Of a DNA stretch of 64,000 nt, positions 9,464 through 19,188 are shown one piece after another. The stretch's first letter is position 1, and every line of letters begins with the position of its first letter. Origin of the DNA: Candidatus Hermodarchaeum yapensis (lineage in GTDB: Archaea; Asgardarchaeota; Hermodarchaeia; Hermodarchaeales; Hermodarchaeaceae); NCBI GenBank assembly GCA_016840405.1, contig JAEOSK010000005.1, positions 1-64,000 of the forward strand. The letters are read 5' to 3'. The notes beneath the pieces are model-generated. The model saw nothing but the letters and a program-made list of their open reading frames with translations, had not been told where the DNA came from and searched no databases. Both the position numbers and the translations under genes were made by a program.

Positions 9464-10078
9464 TCACAAATTTTTCTTAATCGCTTCGACACCAAGATTA
9501 AACGCGTTGAGATTGACTTCTTTTAATCGTCGTATTTTCGAGATTTCTTTTTCCAACATGTTCTCTTTCACGGGTGTGAGATTTGCTCCTGCAAGAGCTC
9601 CAACCATCACAGTATTCATCACTAAGGGATCCCCTGCTTGTTGGGCTAGATTTACTGCATCTAAAGTAAATAAGCGAGAACAAAGTGATCGAAGCCTATT
9701 CTCAACATCTTGGATTGGAGGATACTCAAGTTGACCTGTGAGCACTTCAATAGGATGAACGGGGTGCATGTTTACGATGGCAATGCTTTCAGGGTTCATG
9801 TAGAGAGAACCCACGCGAAGTGCCTCAATGGGTTCAAAACCAAGAAGTAAATGAGTGGAGTGCTTGGGGATAAGTGGGCCTACGTCATGCTTGCTTATTC
9901 GAATATGGGACATTACTGACCCGCCACGCTGGGCAGCTCCATATGTTTCTCCAATTGCCACGAAATAGCCTTTGGTTTTTGCCGCGTCTGCAATTAAACG
10001 TGATGAGAGAACGTTCCCTTGACCACCTACACCAGCAATCACAATGTTGAATGGATCATCATATGTCAAATTGCTCAC
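9464..10078 (-). CDS. iorB: Indolepyruvate:ferredoxin oxidoreductase beta subunit
   Basis: IAGVGGQG, ETYGAAQRGGSVMSHIR, GFEPIEALR; overlaps the iorA stop. Confidence 0.93.
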   Translation of the reverse strand: MSNLTYDDPFNIVIAGVGGQGNVLSSRLIADAAKTKGYFVAIGETYGAAQRGGSVMSHIRISKHDVGPLIPKHSTHLLLGFEPIEALRVGSLYMNPESIAIVNMHPVHPIEVLTGQLEYPPIQDVENRLRSLCSRLFTLDAVNLAQQAGDPLVMNTVMVGALAGANLTPVKENMLEKEISKIRRLKEVNLNAFNLGVEAIKKNL

Positions 10079-11985
10079 TTCTCAACTTGATAGATAGCAT
10101 TGTGCGGGCATATGTCGACACACACGCCACAGCCATTACATAACGTGACCTCGATTCGGGCTTTGTTGGATTCGTTGTCCCAAACACAAGCAGGACAGTT
10201 GAATTCCACCGAACAAATCTTGCATTTTTCTCCAAAGCATTTGTCAGTATCAACCTTGAATACTGGAGTGGGTTCTTGTCGTTGTCTCCTTTGGCGATTG
10301 GTGATTAATGCACATTCTCGCCGGAATACGATAGCTTGACTTTCCTCGGAGTTCAATGCCTTATAGACTGTATCGATTGAGTCCTTGATGTTGAATGGAT
10401 CGACTACTGAGACGGATTGAAATCCGATACCTTTGAGGACTCGTTCAATAGGAACTGTTGATGTCACATCTCCTGTTGCTGTCAAACCGGTCCCGGGATG
10501 GGGTTGAAATCCTGTCATCGCTGTTGCATTGTTATCTAGCACGCACACAACAGCTTTTGATTGATTATAGACAATGTTGACTAAGGCAGGTAGACAGGCA
10601 TGGAAGAAGGTTGAATCGCCAACCACTGAAATTATTGGGTCTGTGAGTCCAAATTGGTCTAACTTGCCAAGACCACTGGCAATTCCTACTCCAGCACCCA
10701 TTGAGTGTTGGTTGCGCATTACACCGTGGTAAAATACTCCAAGTGAATAACAGCCGATGTCTCCAGTAACGATGCCTTTGCCCTTGTTGCGTTTGATTGC
10801 GCGATAGATACTATAGTAAGCAGGTCGGTGGGGACAGCCAGGACAGAAAGTGAGGAGACGTCTTGGTACAATATCTGGGGCTTTACTAGCCGCATTGATG
10901 TATTCTTCTTGCGCGGTAGTATAGGTGAGTTTTTTCACAGCGGCGATTGATTTGATTGCCAAATTGATATCAACTTCGCCAAAATTCGGAATATGTCCAG
11001 TTAATTTTCCATAGAATTTGGGAATGGTTTTTGCTGGCATCTCTGATGCCAGACTTCGGATTTGTTCTTCCAGATAAGGGTCAACTTCTTCAAAGAAGAG
11101 CACCTCAGTCGTCGTCTTTAGGTGATCTAGAATCAATGCTTTGGGTAATGGAGAAATGGTGGCGATTCGCAGAATGCCAACATCCTGCAATTGGAGAGTT
11201 TCCACAGCTTCCCGGATATATTTCCAGGCAATGCCTGATGTGATAATCAATAGAGATGGTTTCGCGGGTCCATCATACCGATTCCAGGGTGATTTTTCGA
11301 ATTCCTCTTTGCGAACTTTTTCCAGGCGAGCATGTAATTCGCCATGACGTAAATGAGGGCGCGGGAGATTATGTAACGGGAGACCATAATCGAATTTCGC
11401 AGTTCTTAGAGTTCGGGAGATTTTTCCTAACTTAAAGGGAGCCCGGCTGTGTGCTAACCGTGTTGTTTCACGAACCATCACAATGACGCCATGTTTTTCA
11501 GATAACTCAAACGCGTAGGGGATAATATCCTTGGCTTCTTGGTGAGTTGACGGTTCAATGACCACAACATCAGAATAGAATCCTAGCGGTCTGGCATCGC
11601 CCTCTGCAGTTGAACTGTGAGCAAAGGGATCATCGGCCACTACCAGTACTAATCCACCGGGTCCATGACCGGTGTAGGCAATGTTGACGAGAGAGTCTAA
11701 TAACACGAAGAGTCCATTGAGCTTCATGGATGCCATGGCACGTAATCCAGTCCAGGCAGCAGCAGTAGCTGCTTCAAAGGCAACTTTTTCGTTAACACTC
11801 CATTCAACATAGATTCCAGATTCTTTTGAAATAGTAGCTAAATTTCCCAAAATCTCAGAAGACGGAGTACCAGGATATGCAGCTGCAAATTGGACACCCG
11901 CTTCAAGCGCACCACGCGCTATAGCATCATTGCCTAAGCCGATAACCGTGTCACCAGCTTTACCGGTCATTGGGGAATTACTCAT
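10075..11985 (-). CDS. iorA: Indolepyruvate:ferredoxin oxidoreductase alpha subunit
   Basis: GNDAIARG, YPGTPSSE, EWSVNEKVA, CPGCPHR, GDIGCY, TPP motif GDSTFFH...DN, C-terminal ferredoxin. Confidence 0.95.
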   Translation of the reverse strand: MSNSPMTGKAGDTVIGLGNDAIARGALEAGVQFAAAYPGTPSSEILGNLATISKESGIYVEWSVNEKVAFEAATAAAWTGLRAMASMKLNGLFVLLDSLVNIAYTGHGPGGLVLVVADDPFAHSSTAEGDARPLGFYSDVVVIEPSTHQEAKDIIPYAFELSEKHGVIVMVRETTRLAHSRAPFKLGKISRTLRTAKFDYGLPLHNLPRPHLRHGELHARLEKVRKEEFEKSPWNRYDGPAKPSLLIITSGIAWKYIREAVETLQLQDVGILRIATISPLPKALILDHLKTTTEVLFFEEVDPYLEEQIRSLASEMPAKTIPKFYGKLTGHIPNFGEVDINLAIKSIAAVKKLTYTTAQEEYINAASKAPDIVPRRLLTFCPGCPHRPAYYSIYRAIKRNKGKGIVTGDIGCYSLGVFYHGVMRNQHSMGAGVGIASGLGKLDQFGLTDPIISVVGDSTFFHACLPALVNIVYNQSKAVVCVLDNNATAMTGFQPHPGTGLTATGDVTSTVPIERVLKGIGFQSVSVVDPFNIKDSIDTVYKALNSEESQAIVFRRECALITNRQRRQRQEPTPVFKVDTDKCFGEKCKICSVEFNCPACVWDNESNKARIEVTLCNGCGVCVDICPHNAIYQVEK

Positions 11986-12135
11986 TACTATTCACATCAT
12001 TGTAAGAGGCATAAGCATAATGGAGTAACTACGTGAGAGTCCTGTAAAAATAAAACCTTTTAGCCACAACCAACATCCTTAGTAAAATTCATACTGACTG
12101 ACCTAATACCTCATTACTAAGACGGATGATACAGA

Positions 12136-13008
12136 ATGACCCGAAAATCAGATGAAAAAACGAAAGTAGTTGATTTTCATTTACATGTAGGAAAACGGAA
12201 ACACTGGAATCCGGCGATCCATGCCCTTTTCAAGGAACTCAATCCTGGGCTTTATGAGATTCAAGATGAGGTTATGACACCTGAAAATATCATTGCAATG
12301 CTTGATAACTGTGGTGTAGATTGGGCAGTGGTGTTAGCAGAAATATCACCAAAAGTCACTGGCGTGGTATCCAACGAGTTCATTGCCGAGTTTTGTGAAA
12401 ACCACTTGGACCGCCTTATTCCCTTTTGTTCTGTTGACCCCCCCAAAGATCCTAATCCCGCCAGAACACTAGAACATGCTGTTGAAACCCTTGGAATGCG
12501 AGGATTGAAGCTCTATCCGACATATCAGCACTTCTATCCGAATGCATATGTATCCTCCCAAACGGGAGAAAAACTAAGAAAATTATACCAAATGGCAGAG
12601 ATTCTCGGTGTTCCCGTTATGTTTCATACAGGGACTAGTGTTTTTCCTGGGGCTCGGTTGAAGTATGGTAACCCGTTATTCTTAGATGATGTCGCCACTG
12701 ATTTTCCAAAAATGCCAGTAATTGTCGTTCACGGTGGAAGAGGTCCTTGGTTTGATATGGCGTTCTATTTGACGCGCCTTCATTCTAATGTGTATCTTGA
12801 GATTTCTGGGTTACCTCCGAAGAATCTGTTACAATATTTCCCCCGAATTGATGTTATCGCTGACAGGGTGATTTTTGGTAGTGACTGGCCAGGTGTTCTG
12901 AATATTGCTGAGAATATTGAAGCAATCAGAAACCTCGATATCATCGAGGAAGCAAAGTCGCAGATTCTTGGTGAAAATGCCATTAAATTACTCAACCTGG
13001 AATCATAA
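12136..13008 (+). CDS. Amidohydrolase_2 family metal-dependent hydrolase associated with the benzoyl-CoA cluster
   Basis: DFHLH, GLKLYP, FHTG, VHGG, FGSDWP. Confidence 0.88.
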   Translation: MTRKSDEKTKVVDFHLHVGKRKHWNPAIHALFKELNPGLYEIQDEVMTPENIIAMLDNCGVDWAVVLAEISPKVTGVVSNEFIAEFCENHLDRLIPFCSVDPPKDPNPARTLEHAVETLGMRGLKLYPTYQHFYPNAYVSSQTGEKLRKLYQMAEILGVPVMFHTGTSVFPGARLKYGNPLFLDDVATDFPKMPVIVVHGGRGPWFDMAFYLTRLHSNVYLEISGLPPKNLLQYFPRIDVIADRVIFGSDWPGVLNIAENIEAIRNLDIIEEAKSQILGENAIKLLNLES

Positions 13009-13027
13009 ACCCAGTATTGTTCCCAGT

Positions 13028-13255
13028 TTATTTTGGTCGTGTAAAGATTGTGACGAGAGAACAGGTGTCAGCCTGGATGCATTCATCACAAGTTCTATCC
13101 GTCTCAACTTCAACTGTAGGTAATATCAACACTTCAAAACCCAGTTCTTCATAATTCGATTTGTATTCTTCAGCACGATGTTCTTCGATGCTAAACCGTT
13201 TCTCCCAGCCCTGTTCTGCTAACTCTTTGTCTGTTTGCTTACCCATGGAAATCAC
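13028..13255 (-). CDS. Small CxxC protein, last gene of the bzd operon
   Basis: GWEKRF...YEELGFEV...CDEC...IFTRP; co-oriented just after bzdV. Confidence 0.7.
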   Translation of the reverse strand: MISMGKQTDKELAEQGWEKRFSIEEHRAEEYKSNYEELGFEVLILPTVEVETDRTCDECIQADTCSLVTIFTRPK

Positions 13256-13281
13256 CAGAATTTCTCGTTAATCGATTTCGT

Positions 13282-15792
13282 TTAGAACAGGTCATCAAGT
13301 TCATCTTCTCCGGGCATTTTGCCATGATCCTGTACATACTGTTGGAGGAGTTCGGTTTCACGTTTAGTATACATTGGGTCTTCTTCATATTGAAAGAATT
13401 TCGCATTGGGCTGAATGGATAATTGTTCTTTCAATGTTGCTTGAAGGGTGTCTGTTCCTTTGATAATTAAGACCGTTTTCTCAGAATCAGCAAGTGTGAA
13501 TACACCGGGTCCTAGTGGAACAGATTCGATTTGTTCTTCTACAAAGACGAGCCAGGCTTCGGGTGGTAAGGTTGATGGAGTCATTTTAAGCCGCAAGTCG
13601 CATTGAAGACAGCGTTTAGCTTCTTTTTGTGCTGTGTCAAGTGGAAGTGCTAATTCCACCTCTTCAAAGGAAGAGACGCGCTTTTCTGAAGAAATCATTG
13701 GCAAGTCTGCTCGTCCCCATGTATGGAAGTCTTCGTCACGTCCTAAACTATGAGTGATTGCTGGTTCATCTGCAAGCTTTTCCAGAAGTGTTCCAGTCCC
13801 TCCAAGGAAAGTATCAATTTGTGACGCTGCTTGACGGCCAGTTGCCATCGCTTCGACAACCGATGTGGGTCCGGTTACAACATCCCCAGCAGCAAATATC
13901 CCATTAGATTGAGTTTCCCAAATGTTGTCCTTTGTGGCCAATGTTCCATTCTCTGTTTGCTGGAATTCCAACCCTTTACTGATTTTCGAAAGGTCGACTG
14001 ATTGACCAACGGCAAGGAAAATGGTATCTGCAGTGATATTCTGAGTGGTTTCTTCGTCAAAACTGGGATTGAAACAACCGTCCTCATCAAAGACACAGGT
14101 ACACCTGACTAATTCCACTCCAACGACTTTGCCATCTTCACCTAAAATTCGTTGAGGTCCCCAAGCGGTATGGAGCTCGATACCTTCGTCAACGGCCTCC
14201 GCAATTTCCCATTCATGCGCAGGCATTTCATCACCGGTTTCTAAACAGGTGAGCATCACCTTGTTGGCACCCAACCGGATGGAGGTTCGTGCAACATCAA
14301 TAGCTACGCTTCCACCACCAACGACAACGACCTCTTCACCAAATTCGGGTTTTTCTCCAGCATTAACTTTTTTTAGAAAATCTAATCCCCCATACACACC
14401 GAGGAGATCATGTCCCTCGATCGGAAGGCGTTTTCCTACTTGAGTGCCGATGGCAAGCAGAACAGCATCAAAGTCGTCTTTAAGCTGAGTAACAGTAATT
14501 TTGTCACCGATTGGTGTATCGGTTTGAATTTTTACACCCAGCTGTGTAAGAAGTTTAATGTCGGATTCTAGAACTTCCCTGGGAAGGCGGTAGGATGGAA
14601 TTCCGGAACGTAACATTCCGCCGGGTTCTTTGAGTTCCTCAAAGATGGTTACTTCGTGTCCTAATCGCCTAAGATAAAATCCTGCACTTAATCCAGCAGG
14701 ACCCGACCCGACAATGGCTACTCGCTTTCCAGTTGAGGGGGCATTCGTTAAATTCGATTGCCATTGACCTGTATCATTCTCAACAGCTGTGCGTTTAAGG
14801 CTCATGATGCACAGCGCCCCATTGAGATCTGTTCGACGACAGTCCGCTTCACAGGGATGATGACACACATGGGCTAGAACGGATGGCAGAGCGGCTTTCT
14901 CTCGGATAACGGCTGTGGCTTGAGAGTAATCACCAGTGGCTACTAGTCGGAGGTATCGTGGAATATCAATCTCTAACGGGCAATTATTGACACAGGGTAA
15001 CAGGACAGCTTCGCGATCAGCCCAGATTACTTCCTGATCTAATAAAGCGCCAGTGGGACATACTTCAACGCAAGCACCACAAAATTTGCAGCCTGACTCG
15101 CCAAGGCTTTGGGCTGTTGTTCCTACGATAAATTGCTTCCCATCAAAAGCCATTCCTAACGCATCAATCCCACGAAGATCACTACATACCCTGATGCATC
15201 GTGTGCATCCGATGCACTGATTAGAATCTCGAATTATTAGTGGTTCATCTTCGATTTTTGGAAATTTTTGAGGAATGTAACGAGGAGTGTCGTCCTTGAT
15301 GCCTACATATTCTGCGACTTTTTGTAGCTCACATCGTCCGAATTTCTCGCAGCAACGTTCATCAACAGGAACATTGGGTGGACACGGTTCACGACTGCAA
15401 CCTTCCCGTTGTGCACAAGTCAAACATGCATGGGGGTGTGAGGCGAGTATTGACGAAAGCTTCTCCTGCCGGTGGGTAATAATTTCTGGCGTTTCAGTGA
15501 GAACAACCATTCCTTCCTCAACCAGCGTATCACAAGCTTGTTGAATTCCCTCTCGTCCTTCAATTTGGACTGCACAGATGCCACACCCCTCATATTCCCT
15601 TTCCTGTCCAACATGCTTTATCTCTTGATTACCCCGAAAGACATTCCCCGTAGTTTTGGTTCCCACTCCTGAGGGTAAATCTGGATGATAACATAAGCGA
15701 GGAATGTATACATCCAAAGATTCGGCAGCGATTAGAATATTGGATCCCTTTTCTGCTTCGACTTTAATGCCATTTATCGTAAGTTTCACCAT
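13282..15792 (-). CDS. bzdV: BzdV-like NAD(P)H:ferredoxin oxidoreductase (Fe-S domains, GltD-like FAD domain, GIY-YIG-like C-terminus)
   Basis: N-terminal YIPRLCYH Fe-S domain, 2x[4Fe-4S], GSGPAG and GGGSVA dinucleotide motifs, C-terminal EEDPMYTKRETELLQ; follows bzdM. Confidence 0.82.
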   Translation of the reverse strand: MVKLTINGIKVEAEKGSNILIAAESLDVYIPRLCYHPDLPSGVGTKTTGNVFRGNQEIKHVGQEREYEGCGICAVQIEGREGIQQACDTLVEEGMVVLTETPEIITHRQEKLSSILASHPHACLTCAQREGCSREPCPPNVPVDERCCEKFGRCELQKVAEYVGIKDDTPRYIPQKFPKIEDEPLIIRDSNQCIGCTRCIRVCSDLRGIDALGMAFDGKQFIVGTTAQSLGESGCKFCGACVEVCPTGALLDQEVIWADREAVLLPCVNNCPLEIDIPRYLRLVATGDYSQATAVIREKAALPSVLAHVCHHPCEADCRRTDLNGALCIMSLKRTAVENDTGQWQSNLTNAPSTGKRVAIVGSGPAGLSAGFYLRRLGHEVTIFEELKEPGGMLRSGIPSYRLPREVLESDIKLLTQLGVKIQTDTPIGDKITVTQLKDDFDAVLLAIGTQVGKRLPIEGHDLLGVYGGLDFLKKVNAGEKPEFGEEVVVVGGGSVAIDVARTSIRLGANKVMLTCLETGDEMPAHEWEIAEAVDEGIELHTAWGPQRILGEDGKVVGVELVRCTCVFDEDGCFNPSFDEETTQNITADTIFLAVGQSVDLSKISKGLEFQQTENGTLATKDNIWETQSNGIFAAGDVVTGPTSVVEAMATGRQAASQIDTFLGGTGTLLEKLADEPAITHSLGRDEDFHTWGRADLPMISSEKRVSSFEEVELALPLDTAQKEAKRCLQCDLRLKMTPSTLPPEAWLVFVEEQIESVPLGPGVFTLADSEKTVLIIKGTDTLQATLKEQLSIQPNAKFFQYEEDPMYTKRETELLQQYVQDHGKMPGEDELDDLF

Positions 15793-15861
15793 CAGGGGTT
15801 TCACCTTCCAATTGGCTCTCAAGGAACGGGAAGGATGTGTTCAGTGGTAAGTGTATCGTAA

Positions 15862-16179
15862 TTATAGGACTTGTCCTTTCGCTTCGCTCAGGAAATGAAT
15901 GATAGCACGAGTAGGACAGGCAAGAACACAAGGAGGTTCAACGTCCCCGCTAGTAGCTTTACACGGAGCACAACTGTATTTGAGTTTATGTCGATGCTCT
16001 TCCCGGACACCCATGATATCGCCATCTTCAATATCATACTCATTTGGAATTACTTCCAACACGGAAGCCGGGCAGACTTCAACACATTTCCCACATCCGT
16101 CACATTTGTCCGTGTCTAAAGTTATGAAATATTCCCCGGAACCATCTTTGTATCCGTAATTTGCTATCAACACCTTCAC
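15862..16179 (-). CDS. bzdM: Benzoyl-CoA reductase-associated ferredoxin
   Basis: ANYGYKDGSGEYFIT.DTDKCDGCGKCVEVCP; directly after bzdQ; likely TTG start at 16170. Confidence 0.85.
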   Translation of the reverse strand: MKVLIANYGYKDGSGEYFITLDTDKCDGCGKCVEVCPASVLEVIPNEYDIEDGDIMGVREEHRHKLKYSCAPCKATSGDVEPPCVLACPTRAIIHFLSEAKGQVL

Positions 16180-16194
16180 CTAGATGATTTTCTT

Positions 16195-17094
16195 CTAACC
16201 TTTGGAGCGTTCATAGAGGACTTTGGCAAACAGTGCAGCACCGGCAGCTCCCGCCAGCATCGGATCAAACCGCGGGTCATCACGCCATTGATCTGGTTTA
16301 AGCGCTCGGATTCTCAGTTCCTTTTCAACGCGCTTAACAATTCCAATGTTTTTAGCGATTCCTCCGGTAATCACGAACTCTTTCTCAACGCCAACTCGAT
16401 TGAGCAGGTCTACTACACGATGGGCCATGGCCTGGCAGTAAGCGGCAAGCACCTCATCCTTTGACCAACCGCTTCGAAGGAGCCCCACCGCTTCTGATTT
16501 TGCAAAGACTACACAGGTACTACTCACGGATTGCGGTTCTTCTTTTACTGCAAAGGATCGGTCTCCGACTTCTTGGATTGGAACTGATAAGAGGTCAGCA
16601 AAGACTTCCATGCCACGACCGGTTCCAGCTGCACACTTATCATTCATGAGGAAATTTTGGACCTTTCCTTTTTCATCAACACGAATGGCTTTGCAGTCTT
16701 GACCACCCATATCCAAGACCGTTCGAACGGTAGGTCCCCACATGAAGTTTGCTCCGCGTCCATGACAAGCAATCTCTGTTATCGCTTTTTGGGCAAAGGG
16801 AATATTGACTCGCCCATAACCGGTCCCAACAACATATTGAACGTCCTTGAGCGTAAGTCCGGTGTCTTCCAGAGCCCAATTCATCGTTCGCTCAGCACTA
16901 TCAGGACTACTGGACCCGGTTCGCATAACACTCTGTGCAAAAACTTCGCCATCAACCATAATCACAGTCTTCGAACTCACCGACCCGATGTCGACCCCTC
17001 CACTAATCACCTTCCCATTTTTGGGGTCGATACCTTCCACTGTATGACGATATTCTGGCCATCTCCAAAATTCCTTCTTTGTCATTTTCATCAC
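16195..17094 (-). CDS. bzdQ: Benzoyl-CoA reductase, Bzd-type, ASKHA ATPase subunit Q
   Basis: GVDIGSVSSK, TGYGRV, TEIACH, DMGGQDCK, MNDKCAAGTGR, STCVVFAKSE. Confidence 0.93.
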   Translation of the reverse strand: MMKMTKKEFWRWPEYRHTVEGIDPKNGKVISGGVDIGSVSSKTVIMVDGEVFAQSVMRTGSSSPDSAERTMNWALEDTGLTLKDVQYVVGTGYGRVNIPFAQKAITEIACHGRGANFMWGPTVRTVLDMGGQDCKAIRVDEKGKVQNFLMNDKCAAGTGRGMEVFADLLSVPIQEVGDRSFAVKEEPQSVSSTCVVFAKSEAVGLLRSGWSKDEVLAAYCQAMAHRVVDLLNRVGVEKEFVITGGIAKNIGIVKRVEKELRIRALKPDQWRDDPRFDPMLAGAAGAALFAKVLYERSKG

Positions 17095-17867
17095 TCCTTA
17101 GCCCTTTCTTGGGCTACCAAGGCAGCACCATAAGCACTCACATATTCAGGAAGCTCAGGCACGTGAACCTCCACACCTAATCCACGTTTCATCGAATCGA
17201 CATATCCAACATCATAAGCTAATCCTCCAACCAAGAGAACATCTTCCGTGATCCCCAACCTTCGAACCATTGATATCACTCGTTCAGCAATAGCGTCGTG
17301 TATTGCACGGGCGATGTTCGCTTTTGGTGTCTGAGCATGAATTAATGACACTACCTCTGATTCAGCAAAAACAGTACATTGAGCGTTCATAGGAACTGCT
17401 TCAGTAGCTTTCAATGACATAGGACCCATTTGCCCTAGTTCGACTTCGAGTGCACGAGCCATGGCTTCAACAAATGCGCCTGCCCCAGCAGCACACCGTT
17501 CATTAACGACAAAATCTTCCATACTTCCTGATTCATCACATTTGACAGCACGAGCTTCCTCAGCACCCACATCAATGATAGTCCTAGCGGAAGGTAATAA
17601 CTTGACTCCAGCTTTTGCATTCGCTCCTACTTCGCTGACGCTATCCGCTGCAAACGCTACTGACCCTTGACCAATTCCGGTTTCTGTGATGTGTGTAATT
17701 TCATCGAGCTTCAATCCCGCTGCTTTTAGAGCCATCTCAGAAGCATCTTTAACTGCAATTTTAAGATCAAATCCTGTCAGGGCAGAGCCTCGGGCAACTA
17801 TTTTTTCATCATCGAGGATGACAACCTTTACATTCTTAGCGCCAAAGTCTATTCCTGCAGTAATCAA
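17091..17867 (-). CDS. bzdP: Benzoyl-CoA reductase, Bzd-type, ASKHA ATPase subunit P
   Basis: MITAGID.G, DVGAEEARA, NERCAAGAG, NAQCTVFAESE. Confidence 0.92.
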   Translation of the reverse strand: MITAGIDFGAKNVKVVILDDEKIVARGSALTGFDLKIAVKDASEMALKAAGLKLDEITHITETGIGQGSVAFAADSVSEVGANAKAGVKLLPSARTIIDVGAEEARAVKCDESGSMEDFVVNERCAAGAGAFVEAMARALEVELGQMGPMSLKATEAVPMNAQCTVFAESEVVSLIHAQTPKANIARAIHDAIAERVISMVRRLGITEDVLLVGGLAYDVGYVDSMKRGLGVEVHVPELPEYVSAYGAALVAQERAKE

Positions 17868-17880
17868 ATTTATTTACCTC

Positions 17881-19179
17881 CTATTTTACCCCCAACAATT
17901 CCAAGAAGGAATCTACCGCCTTCTTTGTACGTTCTAAGTCGAACTCTCGTTCATCACCCATATTCCCTTCAAAAGGAAGGACGGGGATACCAGCATCTTT
18001 GAAAGCTAGACGGTTTTCCGCGATATTAAGCGACAACCCTTCACATCCCCGATTATAATGGAGCATAACGCCATCAACTTTCCATTCCCGCACAATGCGA
18101 AGCATCATATCACTTTTCTTCTGAGCGGAATAGAAATGCTGCCATTCAGGTCGAGCATGTGTCCAATCAGCTAAGACTTCCAGTGCCTGCTTTCGGGTAG
18201 TAATATCGATACCTTGCTCTTGAGGAGTTGTTCTTGGACCCCAAGTTCCATCGTCTTTAACTTCCCACGCCCCAATTAGTGAAAATGTATAAAGAGAGCC
18301 AACAGACACCACACCAAATGTTTCGAGATACCGGAAAATCTCGAGAAACCCCCAAGGGGGTTGAGTATCAGTAATGACTCGACGTTGTTCATTACCCACT
18401 GCTGCGATTTTGTTATCAACTCGCTCTTGAACTTCGTCACGAAGTTTTCGATAGAAATCAACAATCTCAGGACGATGTTTTATGATGGTTCCAAACACAT
18501 AGAGCGAATACATCGTCTTTTCATCAAGTGGTGCAGGAATAGTCCTATTCAAAGCACAGATTTCCGCCCACAGAGACGTGGCTTCACATTCGTTATAGAC
18601 AGCTTGGATTAGTTTTTGATCATCATAGTCTCGGCCTGTTGTTTGCTCGAGCCAATCGATGCCATCTAGCAGTTGATTGACCACGTATTCTCGACGGCGC
18701 TCGTTGAAATCCTCAATGAGTCCTGTACTCACGTCAATACAGAAGTAAGGCACACCACCTTCCAAGTCGCTAGCGATTTGGTACCATTTCGCATGACTAC
18801 AACAAATGTGAGTTGTCCACATGAAATCTGGTTTGGGAAACTTGCCACCAAACACGTATTCGTCTAACACAACTGAACCAAGATAATTTCGTAAATATGC
18901 ACATAAATCTCGGGCAAATCCTTTTGCTTCAATAGCTTCCTGGCATCTCGCTGCAAATTCCTTGTTGAACGCGACTGAAGCCCCATACGGCTCCCCGGTT
19001 AGACTCCACACATCGTCACCTAGACCCGCAGGAACCGCACTATAAGCCCAAGCACCGCCTGCCCACCGGATTCCCCCCTTCTCATGGGCTTTAGCATAAT
19101 TCTCATAATATTGCTGCCGTAACGCCTTCCCTTCATTCCAGATATCCAAAGGTTTCGTTTGATACTTCATCTCAGTCAT
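17881..19179 (-). CDS. bzdO: Benzoyl-CoA reductase, Bzd-type, subunit O
   Basis: LTGEPYGA, RDLCAYLRNY, HICCSHAKW, NRGCEG, EGNMGDERE; HGD-D family. Confidence 0.92.
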   Translation of the reverse strand: MTEMKYQTKPLDIWNEGKALRQQYYENYAKAHEKGGIRWAGGAWAYSAVPAGLGDDVWSLTGEPYGASVAFNKEFAARCQEAIEAKGFARDLCAYLRNYLGSVVLDEYVFGGKFPKPDFMWTTHICCSHAKWYQIASDLEGGVPYFCIDVSTGLIEDFNERRREYVVNQLLDGIDWLEQTTGRDYDDQKLIQAVYNECEATSLWAEICALNRTIPAPLDEKTMYSLYVFGTIIKHRPEIVDFYRKLRDEVQERVDNKIAAVGNEQRRVITDTQPPWGFLEIFRYLETFGVVSVGSLYTFSLIGAWEVKDDGTWGPRTTPQEQGIDITTRKQALEVLADWTHARPEWQHFYSAQKKSDMMLRIVREWKVDGVMLHYNRGCEGLSLNIAENRLAFKDAGIPVLPFEGNMGDEREFDLERTKKAVDSFLELLGVK

Positions 19180-19188
19180 TTTAATCAC

